A DNA stretch of 64,000 nucleotides from Pseudomonadota bacterium (lineage in GTDB: Bacteria; Pseudomonadota; Gammaproteobacteria; Xanthomonadales; Xanthomonadaceae). A program made the position numbers and the translations under genes. Shown one piece after another: positions 39,398 to 50,095 of this stretch. The notes below the pieces were generated by a model. That model did no database searches, was not told where the DNA came from, and was given only the letters and a program-made list of their open reading frames with translations. How positions within the stretch are numbered: position 1 is the stretch's first letter; each line of letters opens with the position of its first letter. The DNA is taken from assembly GCA_023461075.1 (NCBI GenBank), contig JAEWNY010000028.1:40076-104075 (forward strand), read 5' to 3'.

Positions 39398-40067
39398 CCG
39401 GTGGCGCGATGCGGTAGCCGATACCGTGGCGGGTCTGGATCAACGGCGTGGGGAACGGCTTGTCGACCACGCTGCGCAGGCCGTGGATGTGCACGCGCAG
39501 CGAATCGGAATCCGGCAATTCCTCGCCCCAGACGCGTGTCTCCAGTTCCTGCCGGGTCACCACTGCGGGGCTGGCCTCCATCAATGCCTGCAGGATCTTG
39601 AGCGCGGTCGGGTTCAGCTGCAGCAGCTTGCCCTCGCGACGCACTTCCAGCGTGTCGAGGTTGTATTCGAGGTCGGCGACTTCCAACTCGCGCGCCTGCA
39701 CGCCCTTGCCGCGGCGCGAGAGTGCATTGAGCCGCACCTCCACTTCCTGCAGGGCGAAGGGCTTGATCAGGTAGTCGTCGGCACCGGATTCGAACCCCGC
39801 CAGCTTGTTGTCCAGCGTGTCGCGGGCGGTCAGCATCAATACCGGGGTCTGCTTGCGCGCGTCGTTGCGCAGCTTGCGACACACCTCCAGGCCATCCATG
39901 CCCGGCAGGTTGAGATCGAGCACGATGGCATCGAATTCGTTGACCACCGCCAGGTGCAGGCCGGTCACGCCATCGGCGGCGAAATCGACCGTATGGCCGC
40001 GGTCCTCGAGGAAATCGCCGAGGTTGGCGGCGATGTCCTGGTTGTCTTCGATTACCAGAATGCGCAT
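39384..40067 (-). CDS. colR: OmpR-family response regulator (ColR-like)
   Basis: MRILVIEDNQDIAANLGDFL, GLHLA, LDLNLPGMDG, winged helix DSDSLRVHIHGLR. Confidence 0.82.
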   Translation of the reverse strand: MRILVIEDNQDIAANLGDFLEDRGHTVDFAADGVTGLHLAVVNEFDAIVLDLNLPGMDGLEVCRKLRNDARKQTPVLMLTARDTLDNKLAGFESGADDYLIKPFALQEVEVRLNALSRRGKGVQARELEVADLEYNLDTLEVRREGKLLQLNPTALKILQALMEASPAVVTRQELETRVWGEELPDSDSLRVHIHGLRSVVDKPFPTPLIQTRHGIGYRIAPPDDSQ

Positions 40068-40119
40068 GCAAGGCTCCCGTGCTGTGGCGCGGGTCGGTCC
40101 GCGCGATATCCGGATTCTG

Positions 40120-41166
40120 TCACAACCCCTTCGACCGCTTTGTCGCGACGGAGTTCGGTGGGCGCGGGCGTTTGCCGTCGTTCTTGCCGGGTTTCCTGGC
40201 GGCCGGACCCTTGTCCGCCTTCTTGTCCGCCTTCTTGTCCGCCTTCTTGCCCGCTTTCTGGGCCGGCTTGCGGTTGCGCTTGATCGGCGCGGTCTCGCGG
40301 CTGGCGAACACGTGGTCGATGATGGTGCCGGCGATGTCGACGCCGGTCGCGCCCTCGATGCCCTCGAGTCCCGGCGAGGAATTGACCTCGAGCACCAGCG
40401 GCCCGCGCGACGAGCGGATCAGGTCGACGCCGGCAAGGCCGAGGCCGAGCACCTGCGCCGCGCGCACGGCGGTGGAGATCTCTTCGTCACTGGGTACGAC
40501 CGCCACCGCGCTGCCGCCGCGATGCAGGTTGGAGCGGAAGTCGCCGCGCGGCGCCTGTCGCTTCATCGCGCCCACCACGTTGCCACCCACGACGAAACAA
40601 CGCAGGTCCGCGCCCTTCGCTTCGGCGATGAATTCCTGCACCACGAACTGGGCGTACAGGCCGCGCAGCGCCTCGATCACCCCGCGCGAGGCGGAGAGTT
40701 TCTCGGTGAGGATCACGCCGGCGCCCTGGGTGCCTTCGTTCAACTTGATCACGTGCGGCGGCGGGCCGAGCATCGAGAGCAAGTCGGCGGTGTCATCCGG
40801 GTTGTCGCCGAACACCGTCGTCGGCAGGCCGATCCCCTGAGCCGCCAGCAATTGGTGTGCGCGCAGCTTGTCGCGCGCCTTGAGGATGGCATCGGACGGG
40901 TTCGGCGTGAACGCCCCCATCAACTCGAACTGGCGCAGCACCGCGCTTCCGTAGCGCGTCACCGAAGTGCCGATGCGCGGGATCACCGCGTTGTAGTCGG
41001 CCAGCGGCGCGCCCTTGTAGTGCATGTCGAAGCCGTCGCTGGAGATGTGCATGTAGCAGCGCAACGGATCGAGCACGCGCACGCTGTGCCCGCGCGCGCG
41101 CGCGGCCTCGACCAGCCTGCGGGTGGAGTAGAGCTTGCCGTTGCGGGAGAGGATCGCGAGCTTCAT
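40120..41166 (-). CDS. rimK: Ribosomal protein S6 glutamate ligase RimK with Lys-rich C-terminal tail
   Basis: [47 protein letters not shown]. Confidence 0.95.
   Translation of the reverse strand: MKLAILSRNGKLYSTRRLVEAARARGHSVRVLDPLRCYMHISSDGFDMHYKGAPLADYNAVIPRIGTSVTRYGSAVLRQFELMGAFTPNPSDAILKARDKLRAHQLLAAQGIGLPTTVFGDNPDDTADLLSMLGPPPHVIKLNEGTQGAGVILTEKLSASRGVIEALRGLYAQFVVQEFIAEAKGADLRCFVVGGNVVGAMKRQAPRGDFRSNLHRGGSAVAVVPSDEEISTAVRAAQVLGLGLAGVDLIRSSRGPLVLEVNSSPGLEGIEGATGVDIAGTIIDHVFASRETAPIKRNRKPAQKAGKKADKKADKKADKGPAARKPGKNDGKRPRPPNSVATKRSKGL
40210..40257 (+). repeat. 12-bp tandem repeat (CTTGTCCGCCTT x3 plus one degenerate copy) in the rimK 3' end
   Basis: Directly visible; encodes [16 protein letters not shown] on the minus strand. 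Confidence 0.9.
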
Positions 41167-41624
41167 GGAAAAGAGGTCGGGGCGGGCTGCAAGCGCTTGC
41201 GATTGTGCAACCACGAGCGTGACGGATCGACCATGAAGGCCCCCTGCATGGCACTGCGCCCGAGCAGCATCGGCAACAGCATGCGGCCACGGTCAGCCAG
41301 GTTGAGTTCGATGTCGCGCTCGATCCCGGCCAGCAGCAGCCGGGTGCGGATGAAGGGCCGCATTGCGCAGTGGCCACCGGAATCGGTCACCGGCCGCTCG
41401 TCGATGAGGGCGGCGCTGGCCTCGATCAGTTTGCCGGCACGCCGATCATGCAGGCGGAAGCCGATCCACGGCGCCCCGCCCTCGACGAAGCGCCATTGCG
41501 CATCGACATGCAGGCATGAACTTCGCGCACCGCTGTCGATCTTGGCGCGCAGGCGGCGAATGCCCAAGGCGGGCAAATCGGCCCGTTCGCGCCAACCCAG
41601 TACCGTGCGGACATCGTCAAGCAT
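41163..41624 (-). CDS. RimK-associated retropepsin-like protease (RimB-like)
   Basis: [31 protein letters not shown] overlap with rimK. Confidence 0.88.
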   Translation of the reverse strand: MLDDVRTVLGWRERADLPALGIRRLRAKIDSGARSSCLHVDAQWRFVEGGAPWIGFRLHDRRAGKLIEASAALIDERPVTDSGGHCAMRPFIRTRLLLAGIERDIELNLADRGRMLLPMLLGRSAMQGAFMVDPSRSWLHNRKRLQPAPTSFP

Positions 41625-41651
41625 GCAGGCCTCGGCCAGGTATCCATCGAC

Positions 41652-41690
41652 GAAAAACGGCGACCCCGGGGAATTCCGGGATCGCCGTTG
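41652..41690 (-). terminator. tRNA-Gly terminator
   Basis: Minus strand AACGGCGATCCCGG-AATTC-CCCGGGGTCGCCGTT then TTT. Confidence 0.8.
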
Positions 41691-41697
41691 CCTTGAG

Positions 41698-41771
41698 TGG
41701 AGCGGGTGATGGGAATCGAACCCACGCTAGCAGCTTGGGAAGCTGCAGTTCTACCATTGAACTACACCCGC
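41698..41771 (-). tRNA. tRNA-Gly(CCC)
   Basis: GCGGGTGTAGTTCAATGGTAGAACTGCAGCTTCCCAAGCTGCTAGCGTGGGTTCGATTCCCATCACCCGCTCCA; 74 nt, encoded CCA. Confidence 0.97.
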
Positions 41772-41829
41772 GTGGCTGGAAGTCTATGCCGCGCGCGGCG
41801 CGCTTGGCAACGCGCCGCGTCCACCGGCC

Positions 41830-43695
41830 TCAGAAGCGCTTGCCGATCGTGAGATAGGTGCTCATGTGGCTGCCGCCGTCCTGGCCCACGGTCAGCGAGC
41901 TGCCGGTGAGCATGTCCATGCCCCACAACTGGCTGCGCACGCCATAGGTCAGCGTCGCGTACCCGTCATCGAACTTCGGCGCCGGCACCGCGTAGGGCAT
42001 CGTGCCGGGCAGCGAGGTCATCTGTGCGTAGGCCTGGGTCGGCGCATCGCCCAGCTCGCGGTCGAAGGTCGCGCGCACGAACGGCTGCAGGTGGTCATTG
42101 ATGCTGAAATCGGCCTGCCAGCCCAGCGAGGCCTGCAGCGAATCGAAGTCCTGCGCCGGGAATGCGAGCGCGGTCGACAGGTCTGCCTGCGATTCGGTGT
42201 AGCCGTCGATCTCGATTTTCTGCATCAGCACCCGCGCCACCGGCCCATGGCTGAGACGGCCATGGTCGAAGCGCCAGCCACCGCTGACCCCGGCACTGAG
42301 GTTGTCGCCGCCGGCGCTGCCCTGGTGTGTGCGCATCGCCGGGCCCAGCCAGACATCGCGGTTGATGTCGAAATCGAGCTTGGTCCAGCCCATTTGAGCA
42401 TCGACCCACGCCTGCTTGCCGTGCCAACCAACATGGCCGCCGATGCCGGCTTCCTTCTGCCGGTAATCGCCGCGGCGCGCGCCGTAATCGAGCGACTGCC
42501 GCCCGGCGTGGCCGAAGACACCGTAAGCGAACTCGCCGGCACGCTGGTCGGCGCCCACGGTCAGGGTCAGGCCACCGCCATCGACGCCATCGCCAGCCAT
42601 GCCGCGCTTGTAGCGCTGGTTGTCGTAACGGATATCGCCCCAGACCCGCCAGCCCTCGAACGCCTGCCGGCTGTCGAAATGGTCGGCGATCATGTCGGCA
42701 CGCAGCCGGCCGATCGTCGCAGCCGAGTGCGGCAAGACGGCGATCTGCCGCGGGCCTTCGATGGTGGCGGTGGTGTAATCGGCCAGCAGCTTGTGCGCGG
42801 CGGTCGTTGGATGCACGCCATCGGCGAAGGCATAGGCCGATGCGGCATCTGCACTGACATAGCTGGTCGGGTTGCAGGTGAGCGATTGCGCGGTGATCTG
42901 CGGCTGGCACGCGGTGCCGGTGACGTTGCGGAAGTTGTAGGCGGAGGGATTGGCCGCCACCTCGCGCAGGAAGCTGAAGGTGTTCAGCGGGATCACCCGC
43001 AGGTTCTGCGCCGCCAATGCCGAATACAGCGCGTTGTTGTAGTTGGTGGCCAGCGCGGTGCCCTGCGCCGACGCGGCGGCCCCTTGTGCAAGGAAACCCG
43101 GGGTCATGCCGAGGTCGGGGATCGAGGGCACCAGCACGTACTGCGCGCCGGCCGCCTGCAGGCGCCCGACGATGCCGACCTGCGCGGCCACCGCGCCGCC
43201 AAGCGTGGCCTGCACCGGCGCTCCTGCGGTGATCGCGAACAGGTCGTTGGCACCACCCCAGACCGTGTAGAGGGCATTGGGGTTCGCGACACCGCCGGTC
43301 CGCCGCAGGTATTCGGTGACCTGCGAATTGAGCGAGGGCGTATAGCCTAGCGCGCCGGTGACATCCGTGGCCACGCGGGCACCGCCGACTGCGTAGTTGT
43401 CGCCGCTATCGGCGCGCGGGGTGGCGCCGGTGGCCAACCATGCGGTCTGGGCGTTGGTGCCGTAGTAATCGGCCAAGTATTCGGACCAGACCAGGCCGGG
43501 ATTGGTGGTGAAACGCCCGGTCACCGACTGCGCGGAAGCCGGCATCAGCGGTCGGAAGTAGCCCGAGTCGGTCAGGCTGTCGCCGAAGAACACGGTCTCA
43601 TCGAAGGTTTCGAAATGGGTCTGGGCAAAGCCCGGGGCGGCGGTGAATGCGAGGCTGGCGGCAAGGGCGAGCGGAAGACGTGCGATGCGGGTCAT
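41830..43695 (-). CDS. estA: GDSL esterase autotransporter (EstA-like)
   Basis: Signal peptide; FFGDSLTDSG, NYAVGGA, GGAND, FADGVHPT; C-terminal beta-barrel ending GKRF. Confidence 0.9.
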   Translation of the reverse strand: MTRIARLPLALAASLAFTAAPGFAQTHFETFDETVFFGDSLTDSGYFRPLMPASAQSVTGRFTTNPGLVWSEYLADYYGTNAQTAWLATGATPRADSGDNYAVGGARVATDVTGALGYTPSLNSQVTEYLRRTGGVANPNALYTVWGGANDLFAITAGAPVQATLGGAVAAQVGIVGRLQAAGAQYVLVPSIPDLGMTPGFLAQGAAASAQGTALATNYNNALYSALAAQNLRVIPLNTFSFLREVAANPSAYNFRNVTGTACQPQITAQSLTCNPTSYVSADAASAYAFADGVHPTTAAHKLLADYTTATIEGPRQIAVLPHSAATIGRLRADMIADHFDSRQAFEGWRVWGDIRYDNQRYKRGMAGDGVDGGGLTLTVGADQRAGEFAYGVFGHAGRQSLDYGARRGDYRQKEAGIGGHVGWHGKQAWVDAQMGWTKLDFDINRDVWLGPAMRTHQGSAGGDNLSAGVSGGWRFDHGRLSHGPVARVLMQKIEIDGYTESQADLSTALAFPAQDFDSLQASLGWQADFSINDHLQPFVRATFDRELGDAPTQAYAQMTSLPGTMPYAVPAPKFDDGYATLTYGVRSQLWGMDMLTGSSLTVGQDGGSHMSTYLTIGKRF

Positions 43696-43825
43696 GGAGG
43701 GCCGGATGGTTGCGTCGAAGTGACTGCCCGATGGTTCCATGCCGTACGGCGCCGTACAAGCGGCGCTGCAACAGCTCATCGAGGTCCGGTTGGGTTTTCC
43801 CGAGCGCCGCCCCCACAATGTCGGC

Positions 43826-44026
43826 ATGGACATCCAGCTCAATGGCGAAACCCGCAACCTGCCCGGACCGATGAGCCTTCAAGCCCTGTTGAACGATGAA
43901 GGCTTGGCCGAACGCCGGGTTGCGGTGGAAGTGAATGGCGAAATCGTTCCGCGCTCGCTGCACGGCACGCAGCTGTTGCAGGAAGGCGACGTCATCGAGA
44001 TCGTGCACGCGCTGGGCGGGGGCTGA
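43826..44026 (+). CDS. thiS: Sulfur carrier protein ThiS
   Basis: MDIQLNGE, VAVEVNGEIVPR, EIVHALGGG (C-terminal GG). Confidence 0.95.
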   Translation: MDIQLNGETRNLPGPMSLQALLNDEGLAERRVAVEVNGEIVPRSLHGTQLLQEGDVIEIVHALGGG

Positions 44027-44354
44027 TACCCAAACCAGGCGCGATCTGGAACCGGCGGGTGTCATCCATGCAAGGTCATCGAGCCAGTTTTACGCAAACG
44101 TCATCCATCGACCAAAGCGGCCATTCTGCAGCGCGAATAACGGCTTCCTAACCCCAGTCCGATCCGCCGATGAACGGTGATCGCTCCCCATTGCATCGGT
44201 CGCGAAAGCGGGAGTAAGGTGGAATCGCCGACGCGGCCAACGCCGGTCTGCTCCGGATGCCCTTGATGCCGCGGCTATATTGCCGCCCGCCCGCATCCCC
44301 TGCGATCGGCCGCGCTGCGCCGGCATCGTCCGCCACGCAGAAAGGAGGTTTCGC

Positions 44355-44573
44355 ATGTTCGAAGACCGCTCGCAGAGCGATGTGGATAGCCTGATGAAGA
44401 AGAGCACCGAGTTCCGGCAGCTCTATTTCCACCATCAGGAGTTGGACAAGAAGGTCGATGATGCCGAGCACGGCATCCTCCCGCTCGGCGACAACGAGCT
44501 GACCCAGATGAAGCGCGAGAAGCTGGTCGCCAAGCAGCGCCTGCTTCGGCTCGCCGACGACATCCAGGCCTAG
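44355..44573 (+). CDS. YdcH/DUF465 family small protein
   Basis: AAAGGAGG RBS; EFRQLYFHHQELDKKV, LTQMKREKL. Confidence 0.85.
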   Translation: MFEDRSQSDVDSLMKKSTEFRQLYFHHQELDKKVDDAEHGILPLGDNELTQMKREKLVAKQRLLRLADDIQA

Positions 44574-44701
44574 CGACAGACGCAGGCATCCCCGCGTAGC
44601 CATCAGGAGCGATGGCTGCGCGGGTCCAGGCAAGGCCCGGCATCCATCCGCATCACGCGACCATGCGCTCGCCGCGACATCGCGCCTGCCATAATTCACG
44701 G

Positions 44702-45496
44702 ATGCACCCATTCACCGATCCCAAGCCGCTGGTCATCGCCGGCAAGACGTATGCCTCGCGCCTGCTGACCGGCACCGGCAAGTTCAAGGACCTCGAAGAA
44801 ACCCGCGCCGCGACCGAAGCCGCAGGCGCCGAGATCGTCACCGTCGCCATTCGTCGATCAAACATCGGCCAGAACCCGGGCGAGCCCAACCTGCTCGACG
44901 TGCTGCCGCCGGAGCGCTACACCATCCTGCCCAATACCGCCGGCTGCTACACCGCCGACGACGCGGTGCGCACCTGCCGCCTGGCGCGCGAATTGCTGGA
45001 CGGCCACAACCTCGTCAAGCTTGAAGTGCTGGGCGATCAGCGCACGCTGTACCCCGACGTAGTGCAGACCCTCACGGCCGCGGAGACACTGGTGCGGGAC
45101 GGGTTCGATGTCATGGTCTACACCAGCGACGATCCGCTGCTGTGCAAGCGGCTGGAAGAAATCGGCTGCGTGGCGGTGATGCCGCTGGCCGCGCCGATCG
45201 GCTCGGGACTCGGTATCCAGAACAAATACAACCTGATCGAAATCGTCGAGCAGGCGAACGTGCCGATCATCGTCGATGCCGGCGTCGGTACCGCCAGCGA
45301 TGCGGCGATCGCGATGGAGCTGGGCTGCGATGGTGTGCTGATGAACACCGCCATTGCCGGCGCGCGCGAACCGGTGCGGATGGCGCATGCGATGAAACTC
45401 GCGATCGAGGCCGGACGCGCGGCGTTCCTGGCCGGGCGCATCCCGCGCAAGCGCTTTGCCAGTGCTTCATCGCCGGTGGATGGGTTGATTGGGTGA
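44702..45496 (+). CDS. thiG: Thiazole synthase
   Basis: [43 protein letters not shown]. Confidence 0.97.
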   Translation: MHPFTDPKPLVIAGKTYASRLLTGTGKFKDLEETRAATEAAGAEIVTVAIRRSNIGQNPGEPNLLDVLPPERYTILPNTAGCYTADDAVRTCRLARELLDGHNLVKLEVLGDQRTLYPDVVQTLTAAETLVRDGFDVMVYTSDDPLLCKRLEEIGCVAVMPLAAPIGSGLGIQNKYNLIEIVEQANVPIIVDAGVGTASDAAIAMELGCDGVLMNTAIAGAREPVRMAHAMKLAIEAGRAAFLAGRIPRKRFASASSPVDGLIG

Positions 45497-46227
45497 GCAA
45501 CCCTTTCACCAGCCCGGGCGCCAAGACGCCACCCAAGCCCTATACGGACGACGGCCAAAGGCGGATCCGCAGCTTCGTGTTGCGCCAGGGCCGCTTCACC
45601 GAGGCGCAGCAGCGTGCCTTCGACGCACAATGGCCGCGCTTCGGCCTGGATTACAGCGGCGAGCCGCGTGATTTCGACGCCGTGTTCGGGCGCGCGGCGA
45701 AACGCATCCTGGAGATCGGCTTCGGCAACGGCGAGGCGCTGCGCTACTCGGCCGCGCGCGATGCGGCCCGCGACCACATCGGCATCGAGGTGCATGCGCC
45801 GGGCGTCGGCCGCCTGCTCAACGCACTGGCCGCCGATGGCGCATCGAATGTACGGCTCTATCACCACGACGCGGTCGAGGTGCTTGAGAACGAGATCGCC
45901 GATGGCAGCCTGGACGAGATCCGGATCTACTTCCCCGACCCCTGGCACAAGAAGCGCCACAACAAGCGGCGGCTGGTGAATCGCGCGTTCGCCGCCCTGC
46001 TGATGCGCAAGCTCAGCCCCGAGGGGCGCTTGCACCTGGCCACCGACTGGGCCGATTACGCCGAACAGATGTGGGATGTGCTCGATGCGACACCCGGCAT
46101 CGTCAATCGCGCCGGTCCTCGCGGCCACGTGCCGAGGCCGGACTGGCGCCCGCAGACGCATTTCGAGGCGCGCGGCCAACGCCTAGGCCACGGCGTCTGG
46201 GACCTGCTCTACGACCGCATTTCCTAG
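45493..46227 (+). CDS. trmB: tRNA (guanine-N7)-methyltransferase
   Basis: GTGA overlap with thi[33 protein letters not shown]. Confidence 0.95.
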   Translation: MSNPFTSPGAKTPPKPYTDDGQRRIRSFVLRQGRFTEAQQRAFDAQWPRFGLDYSGEPRDFDAVFGRAAKRILEIGFGNGEALRYSAARDAARDHIGIEVHAPGVGRLLNALAADGASNVRLYHHDAVEVLENEIADGSLDEIRIYFPDPWHKKRHNKRRLVNRAFAALLMRKLSPEGRLHLATDWADYAEQMWDVLDATPGIVNRAGPRGHVPRPDWRPQTHFEARGQRLGHGVWDLLYDRIS

Positions 46228-46256
46228 CCGGCGACCCGGCCGCGACGACTGACCGA

Positions 46257-48095
46257 ATGGACACCGCCCTCACCCTCACCACCGACATGAAGCTCGTCCT
46301 CGGGCTGGTCGCGATGACGATGGTGCTGTTCCTGTTCGAGCGCCTGCGCTCGGACCTGGTGGCGTTGGTGGTGCTGGTCATGCTGGGCCTGACCGGGCTG
46401 GTCGCGCCCGAGGACCTGTTCGGCGGCTTCGCCGGCAACGCGGTGATCAGCATCATCGCGACGATGATCCTCGGTGCCGGGCTCGAGCGTACCGGTGCAC
46501 TCAACCGCCTTGCCGGCTGGCTGCTGCGTCGGGCCGATGGCAGCGAACGTCGGCTGCTGCTGTACACCTCGGCGATGGCCGGGTTCAACTCCGCGATCAT
46601 GCAGAACCCGGCGGTGATGGCGCTGTACCTGCCGGTCGCCTCGCGCCTGTCCGCGCGGACCGGCGTGGCGCTCTCGCGGATGCTGCTGCCGATCGCCGCG
46701 GCGATCATCATGGGCGGCGGGCTGACGATGGTCGGCAACTCCCCGCTGATCCTGCTCAACGACTTGCTGATCTCGGCCAACGCCAACCTGCCCTCGGGTG
46801 CGGTGTCGCTGCAACCGTTGAAAATGTTCGCGCCGCTGCCGATCGGCATCGCGCTGGTGCTGCTCTCGCTGGTATATTTCCGCTGGCGTGGCGACAAGAT
46901 GCTCAGCCACGAGAACGACGGCGGCGTCACTCCCGGACGTACACAGAGCTACTTCGCCCAGGCCTACGGCATCGAAGGCGAGGTCTTCGAGTTGACGGTC
47001 ACTGCAGACAGCCCGCTGGTCGGGATGACCCTGGGCGAGGTGGAGGCGATGGGCGATGCGCCCCTGGTGCTGGCGCTGAAATCCAGCGACGACGCCCGCC
47101 TCGCGCCTTCGGCCGAGTCGCGCATCTGGGTCGGCGACGTGATCGGCGCAATGGGCCCGCGCGAAGCGATCGCCGCATTCTCGCAGGCCAATTTCCTGCG
47201 CATGAGCGCGCGCCTGCGCCAGTTCGCCGACCTGTTCAACCCCAGCCGCGCCGGCATCGCCGAGGCGGTCATCCCGCCCAATTCGCGCTTCATCGGCAAG
47301 ACCGCCAGCGAACTGCAACTGCGCAAGAAACATCGGTTGAGCCTGCTGGCGGTGAACCGAGACCAGGAAGTGATCCGCGACGAGGTCCGCACCCTGCCGC
47401 TGCGCGCCGGCGACATGCTGGTGCTGCACAGCATCTGGCGCAACCTGGCCGACGTGGCATCGAAGAAGGACTTCGTGGTCGTCACCGATTACCCGAAAGG
47501 CGAGCAGCGCCCGCACAAGTTCAAGATCGCGATGGGCATCTTCGCGGTGACCATGCTGATCGCACTCTCGTCGCGCATCCCGGTGCCGATCGCGCTGATG
47601 ACCGGCGTCGCCGGCATGCTGCTGGCCGGCGTCATCAACATGGACGAGGCCTATGCCTCGATCAACTGGAAGACGGTGTTCCTGATGGCCTGCCTGATCC
47701 CGCTGGGCTGGGCGATGGATTCCTCAGGCGCCGCCGCGTGGGTGGCCGGCCACACCATCGACCAGATCCCGCAGGGCACGCCGTTGTGGTTGATCGAGAT
47801 CGCGTTGGCGGTGTTGACGGTCACCTTCTCGCTGGTGGTCAGCCACGTCGGCGCGACCATCATGATGGTGCCGTTGGCGATCAACCTGGCGCTGGCGGCG
47901 AACGGCAACCCGATGGTGTTCGCGTTGATCGTCGCGCTGTCGGCGTCCAACAACTTCATGACATCGACGAATCCGGTGATTTCGATGGTGGTGGGTCCGG
48001 GCAACTACACCCAGCGCGACCTGTGGCGGGTCGGCCTGCCCTTGTCGATGCTCTATACCGCGTTGATCGTGCTGATGGTCAACCTGCTCTGGTAG
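46257..48095 (+). CDS. SLC13/CitMHS-type permease with TrkA-C domains
   Basis: TM blocks at both ends with two soluble TrkA-C repeats (DSPLVGMTL, NSRFIGKT). Confidence 0.88.
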   Translation: MDTALTLTTDMKLVLGLVAMTMVLFLFERLRSDLVALVVLVMLGLTGLVAPEDLFGGFAGNAVISIIATMILGAGLERTGALNRLAGWLLRRADGSERRLLLYTSAMAGFNSAIMQNPAVMALYLPVASRLSARTGVALSRMLLPIAAAIIMGGGLTMVGNSPLILLNDLLISANANLPSGAVSLQPLKMFAPLPIGIALVLLSLVYFRWRGDKMLSHENDGGVTPGRTQSYFAQAYGIEGEVFELTVTADSPLVGMTLGEVEAMGDAPLVLALKSSDDARLAPSAESRIWVGDVIGAMGPREAIAAFSQANFLRMSARLRQFADLFNPSRAGIAEAVIPPNSRFIGKTASELQLRKKHRLSLLAVNRDQEVIRDEVRTLPLRAGDMLVLHSIWRNLADVASKKDFVVVTDYPKGEQRPHKFKIAMGIFAVTMLIALSSRIPVPIALMTGVAGMLLAGVINMDEAYASINWKTVFLMACLIPLGWAMDSSGAAAWVAGHTIDQIPQGTPLWLIEIALAVLTVTFSLVVSHVGATIMMVPLAINLALAANGNPMVFALIVALSASNNFMTSTNPVISMVVGPGNYTQRDLWRVGLPLSMLYTALIVLMVNLLW

Positions 48096-48098
48096 ACC

Positions 48099-48422
48099 TC
48101 AGCCGGGCAGGACTTCATCGTCCTCGATACGCAGCGCGACGGCTCTCAGGAACTCGCCGCGACACGGCCCGCCCACGCATTCGCCGTGATGCAACTCGAA
48201 ACTGGCGCCATGCACCGCGCAGACCAACAGGCCATCGCGGCTCTTCAGGAATTTCCCCGGCGCCCAGTCCAGCCGGCGGCCCGCGTGCGGGCAGACGTTG
48301 AGCCAGCCGCGCACGGCCTCGCCGTCACGATGGACGATGACCGATTCGGGCAAGCCATCGACTGCCATCTCGGTCTCGGCGAATCCGCCGTCGTCGATGT
48401 CGCTGAACCGGATCGGCGTCAT
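48099..48422 (-). CDS. Rieske [2Fe-2S] ferredoxin
   Basis: NVCPH and CAVHG motifs. Confidence 0.9.
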   Translation of the reverse strand: MTPIRFSDIDDGGFAETEMAVDGLPESVIVHRDGEAVRGWLNVCPHAGRRLDWAPGKFLKSRDGLLVCAVHGASFELHHGECVGGPCRGEFLRAVALRIEDDEVLPG

Positions 48423-48510
48423 GGTTTAACGGGCTCCTTACATCTGGACGGGCGCATCGCCGGATACTGTCTGCCCGTTGCAGCAGGCCGCCACCCGGCG
48501 CGGAGCCCCG

Positions 48511-48789
48511 ATGTTCGCACACTGGTTGCACCACCCGCAGATCACCCGATTGCAGGCGCGTTTCGCCGCCCGCCGCCCGCGCAATCCGTTGTTGCGCGTG
48601 TTGCTGGGGACACTCGGGGTGGCCGTGCTGCTGGGCCTGTTGGTGATCGGCGCGTTCGTCGGTATCGCGATGCTGATCGGTGCCGGGCTGTGGCGTGCGC
48701 TGCGCCAGTCCGGTCAACCGCAGGCGGGCCGGGTGATCGAGGGCGAGTTCCGCCACGCTCGCCACGGCGTGTTGCCGCATCCCCACTGA
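48511..48789 (+). CDS. Small hypothetical membrane protein
   Basis: GGAG RBS; two hydrophobic segments; C-terminal RVIEGEF. Confidence 0.65.
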   Translation: MFAHWLHHPQITRLQARFAARRPRNPLLRVLLGTLGVAVLLGLLVIGAFVGIAMLIGAGLWRALRQSGQPQAGRVIEGEFRHARHGVLPHPH

Positions 48790-48799
48790 CACTTTCGCG

Positions 48800-49537
48800 A
48801 TGGGCGATTTGATTCCTGCCAACGCGCCGGTGCGCCTGCGCGTGCACGGCGAGGACTTGGCCGACGATGCCGCTTTCGCGGTGCGACGGATCTATTGCGT
48901 GGGCCGCAACTTCGCCGATCATGCGCGGGAGATGGGCGCGAGCGCGCCTGCATCGAAGGCCGAACGCGGCACGCCGATTTTCTTCCTCAAACCCGCGGAT
49001 GCGATCGCCACCGACGGCATCGTCCACTATCCGCCCGGCACTTCCGATCTGCAGCACGAAGTGGAGTTGATCGTGGCCCTGGGCGAGGATGCTCCCGCGG
49101 GCGAGTTGTCACGCGAGAAGGCCGCGGCCCTGGTGTTGGGCTATGGCGTCGGCCTGGACCTCACCCGCCGCGACCTGCAGGCCATCGCCAAGAGCCAAGG
49201 CCTGCCGTGGGACACCGGCAAGAGTTTCGACGACTGCGCGGTGGCCAGCGATCTCTGGCGGGCGCACGAGCTGCCCGCCATCGAATCGCTCGGGCTGTCG
49301 CTCGAGGTCAATGGCGAGCTCCGCCAGCAGGGACGCTTCAGCGACCTGATCTGGGACGTGCCGGACATCCTGATCGAACTCACGCGGCTGTATGCGCTCA
49401 AGGCCGGCGATCTGGTCTACATGGGCACGCCGGCCGGCGTCGCCGCGCTGGTGCCGGGCGATCGATTCACCGCCTCGATCACCGAGAGCCCTATCCGCCT
49501 GCAAGGACGGCTGGTCGCGGGCGATGTGAACCGTTAA
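48800..49537 (+). CDS. Fumarylacetoacetate hydrolase family protein
   Basis: [38 protein letters not shown]. Confidence 0.92.
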   Translation: MGDLIPANAPVRLRVHGEDLADDAAFAVRRIYCVGRNFADHAREMGASAPASKAERGTPIFFLKPADAIATDGIVHYPPGTSDLQHEVELIVALGEDAPAGELSREKAAALVLGYGVGLDLTRRDLQAIAKSQGLPWDTGKSFDDCAVASDLWRAHELPAIESLGLSLEVNGELRQQGRFSDLIWDVPDILIELTRLYALKAGDLVYMGTPAGVAALVPGDRFTASITESPIRLQGRLVAGDVNR

Positions 49538-49598
49538 TCTCCATCCTGCCGCGTATCGTGACGCACGGCACCATCCCTCAAAAAAAGAGAAAAACGAC

Positions 49599-50003
49599 AT
49601 GGGCATGATCAGCGAGTTCAAGGAATTCATCGCCAGGGGCAACGTCGTCGACCTCGCGGTCGGTGTGGTCATCGGCGCGGCGTTCGGCAAGATCGTCACT
49701 TCGCTGGTGGACGGCATCGTGATGCCGGCGATCGGCGCGATGACCGGCGGGGTCAGCGTCAGCGACTGGAAACACGTGATCGCGCCCGCGCAGATCGGCG
49801 CGGACGGCACGGAAATCGCCGCGGAAGTCGCGATCCGCTACGGCGCCTTCATCCAGACCGTCATCGATTTCATCCTGATCGCCTTCGTCATCTTCCTGTT
49901 CATCAAGGCCTACAACCGCATGCGCAAGCCGGCGGAAGAAGCGGCGCCGGCCGAAGAGGTGCTGCTGCTGCGCGAAATCCGCGACGAGTTGAAGAAGCCG
50001 TAA
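49599..50003 (+). CDS. mscL: Large-conductance mechanosensitive channel
   Basis: [33 protein letters not shown]. Confidence 0.97.
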   Translation: MGMISEFKEFIARGNVVDLAVGVVIGAAFGKIVTSLVDGIVMPAIGAMTGGVSVSDWKHVIAPAQIGADGTEIAAEVAIRYGAFIQTVIDFILIAFVIFLFIKAYNRMRKPAEEAAPAEEVLLLREIRDELKKP

Positions 50004-50095
50004 AGCGGCACCTGCCGGAAGGCATGACTTCCGGCGGTTTGGATCGGGGCCACGGGCGGTTACGCTCGTGGCTTCTTTCTTTGCAGGGCTGCCCG

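Noticed and set aside
41698..41830. tRNA-Gly as an integration site
   Set aside because: No integrase and no duplicated tRNA 3' end seen in the window; flanks are core genes
43696..43825. TPP riboswitch upstream of thiS
   Set aside because: No CTGAGA core seen and thiS appears leaderless
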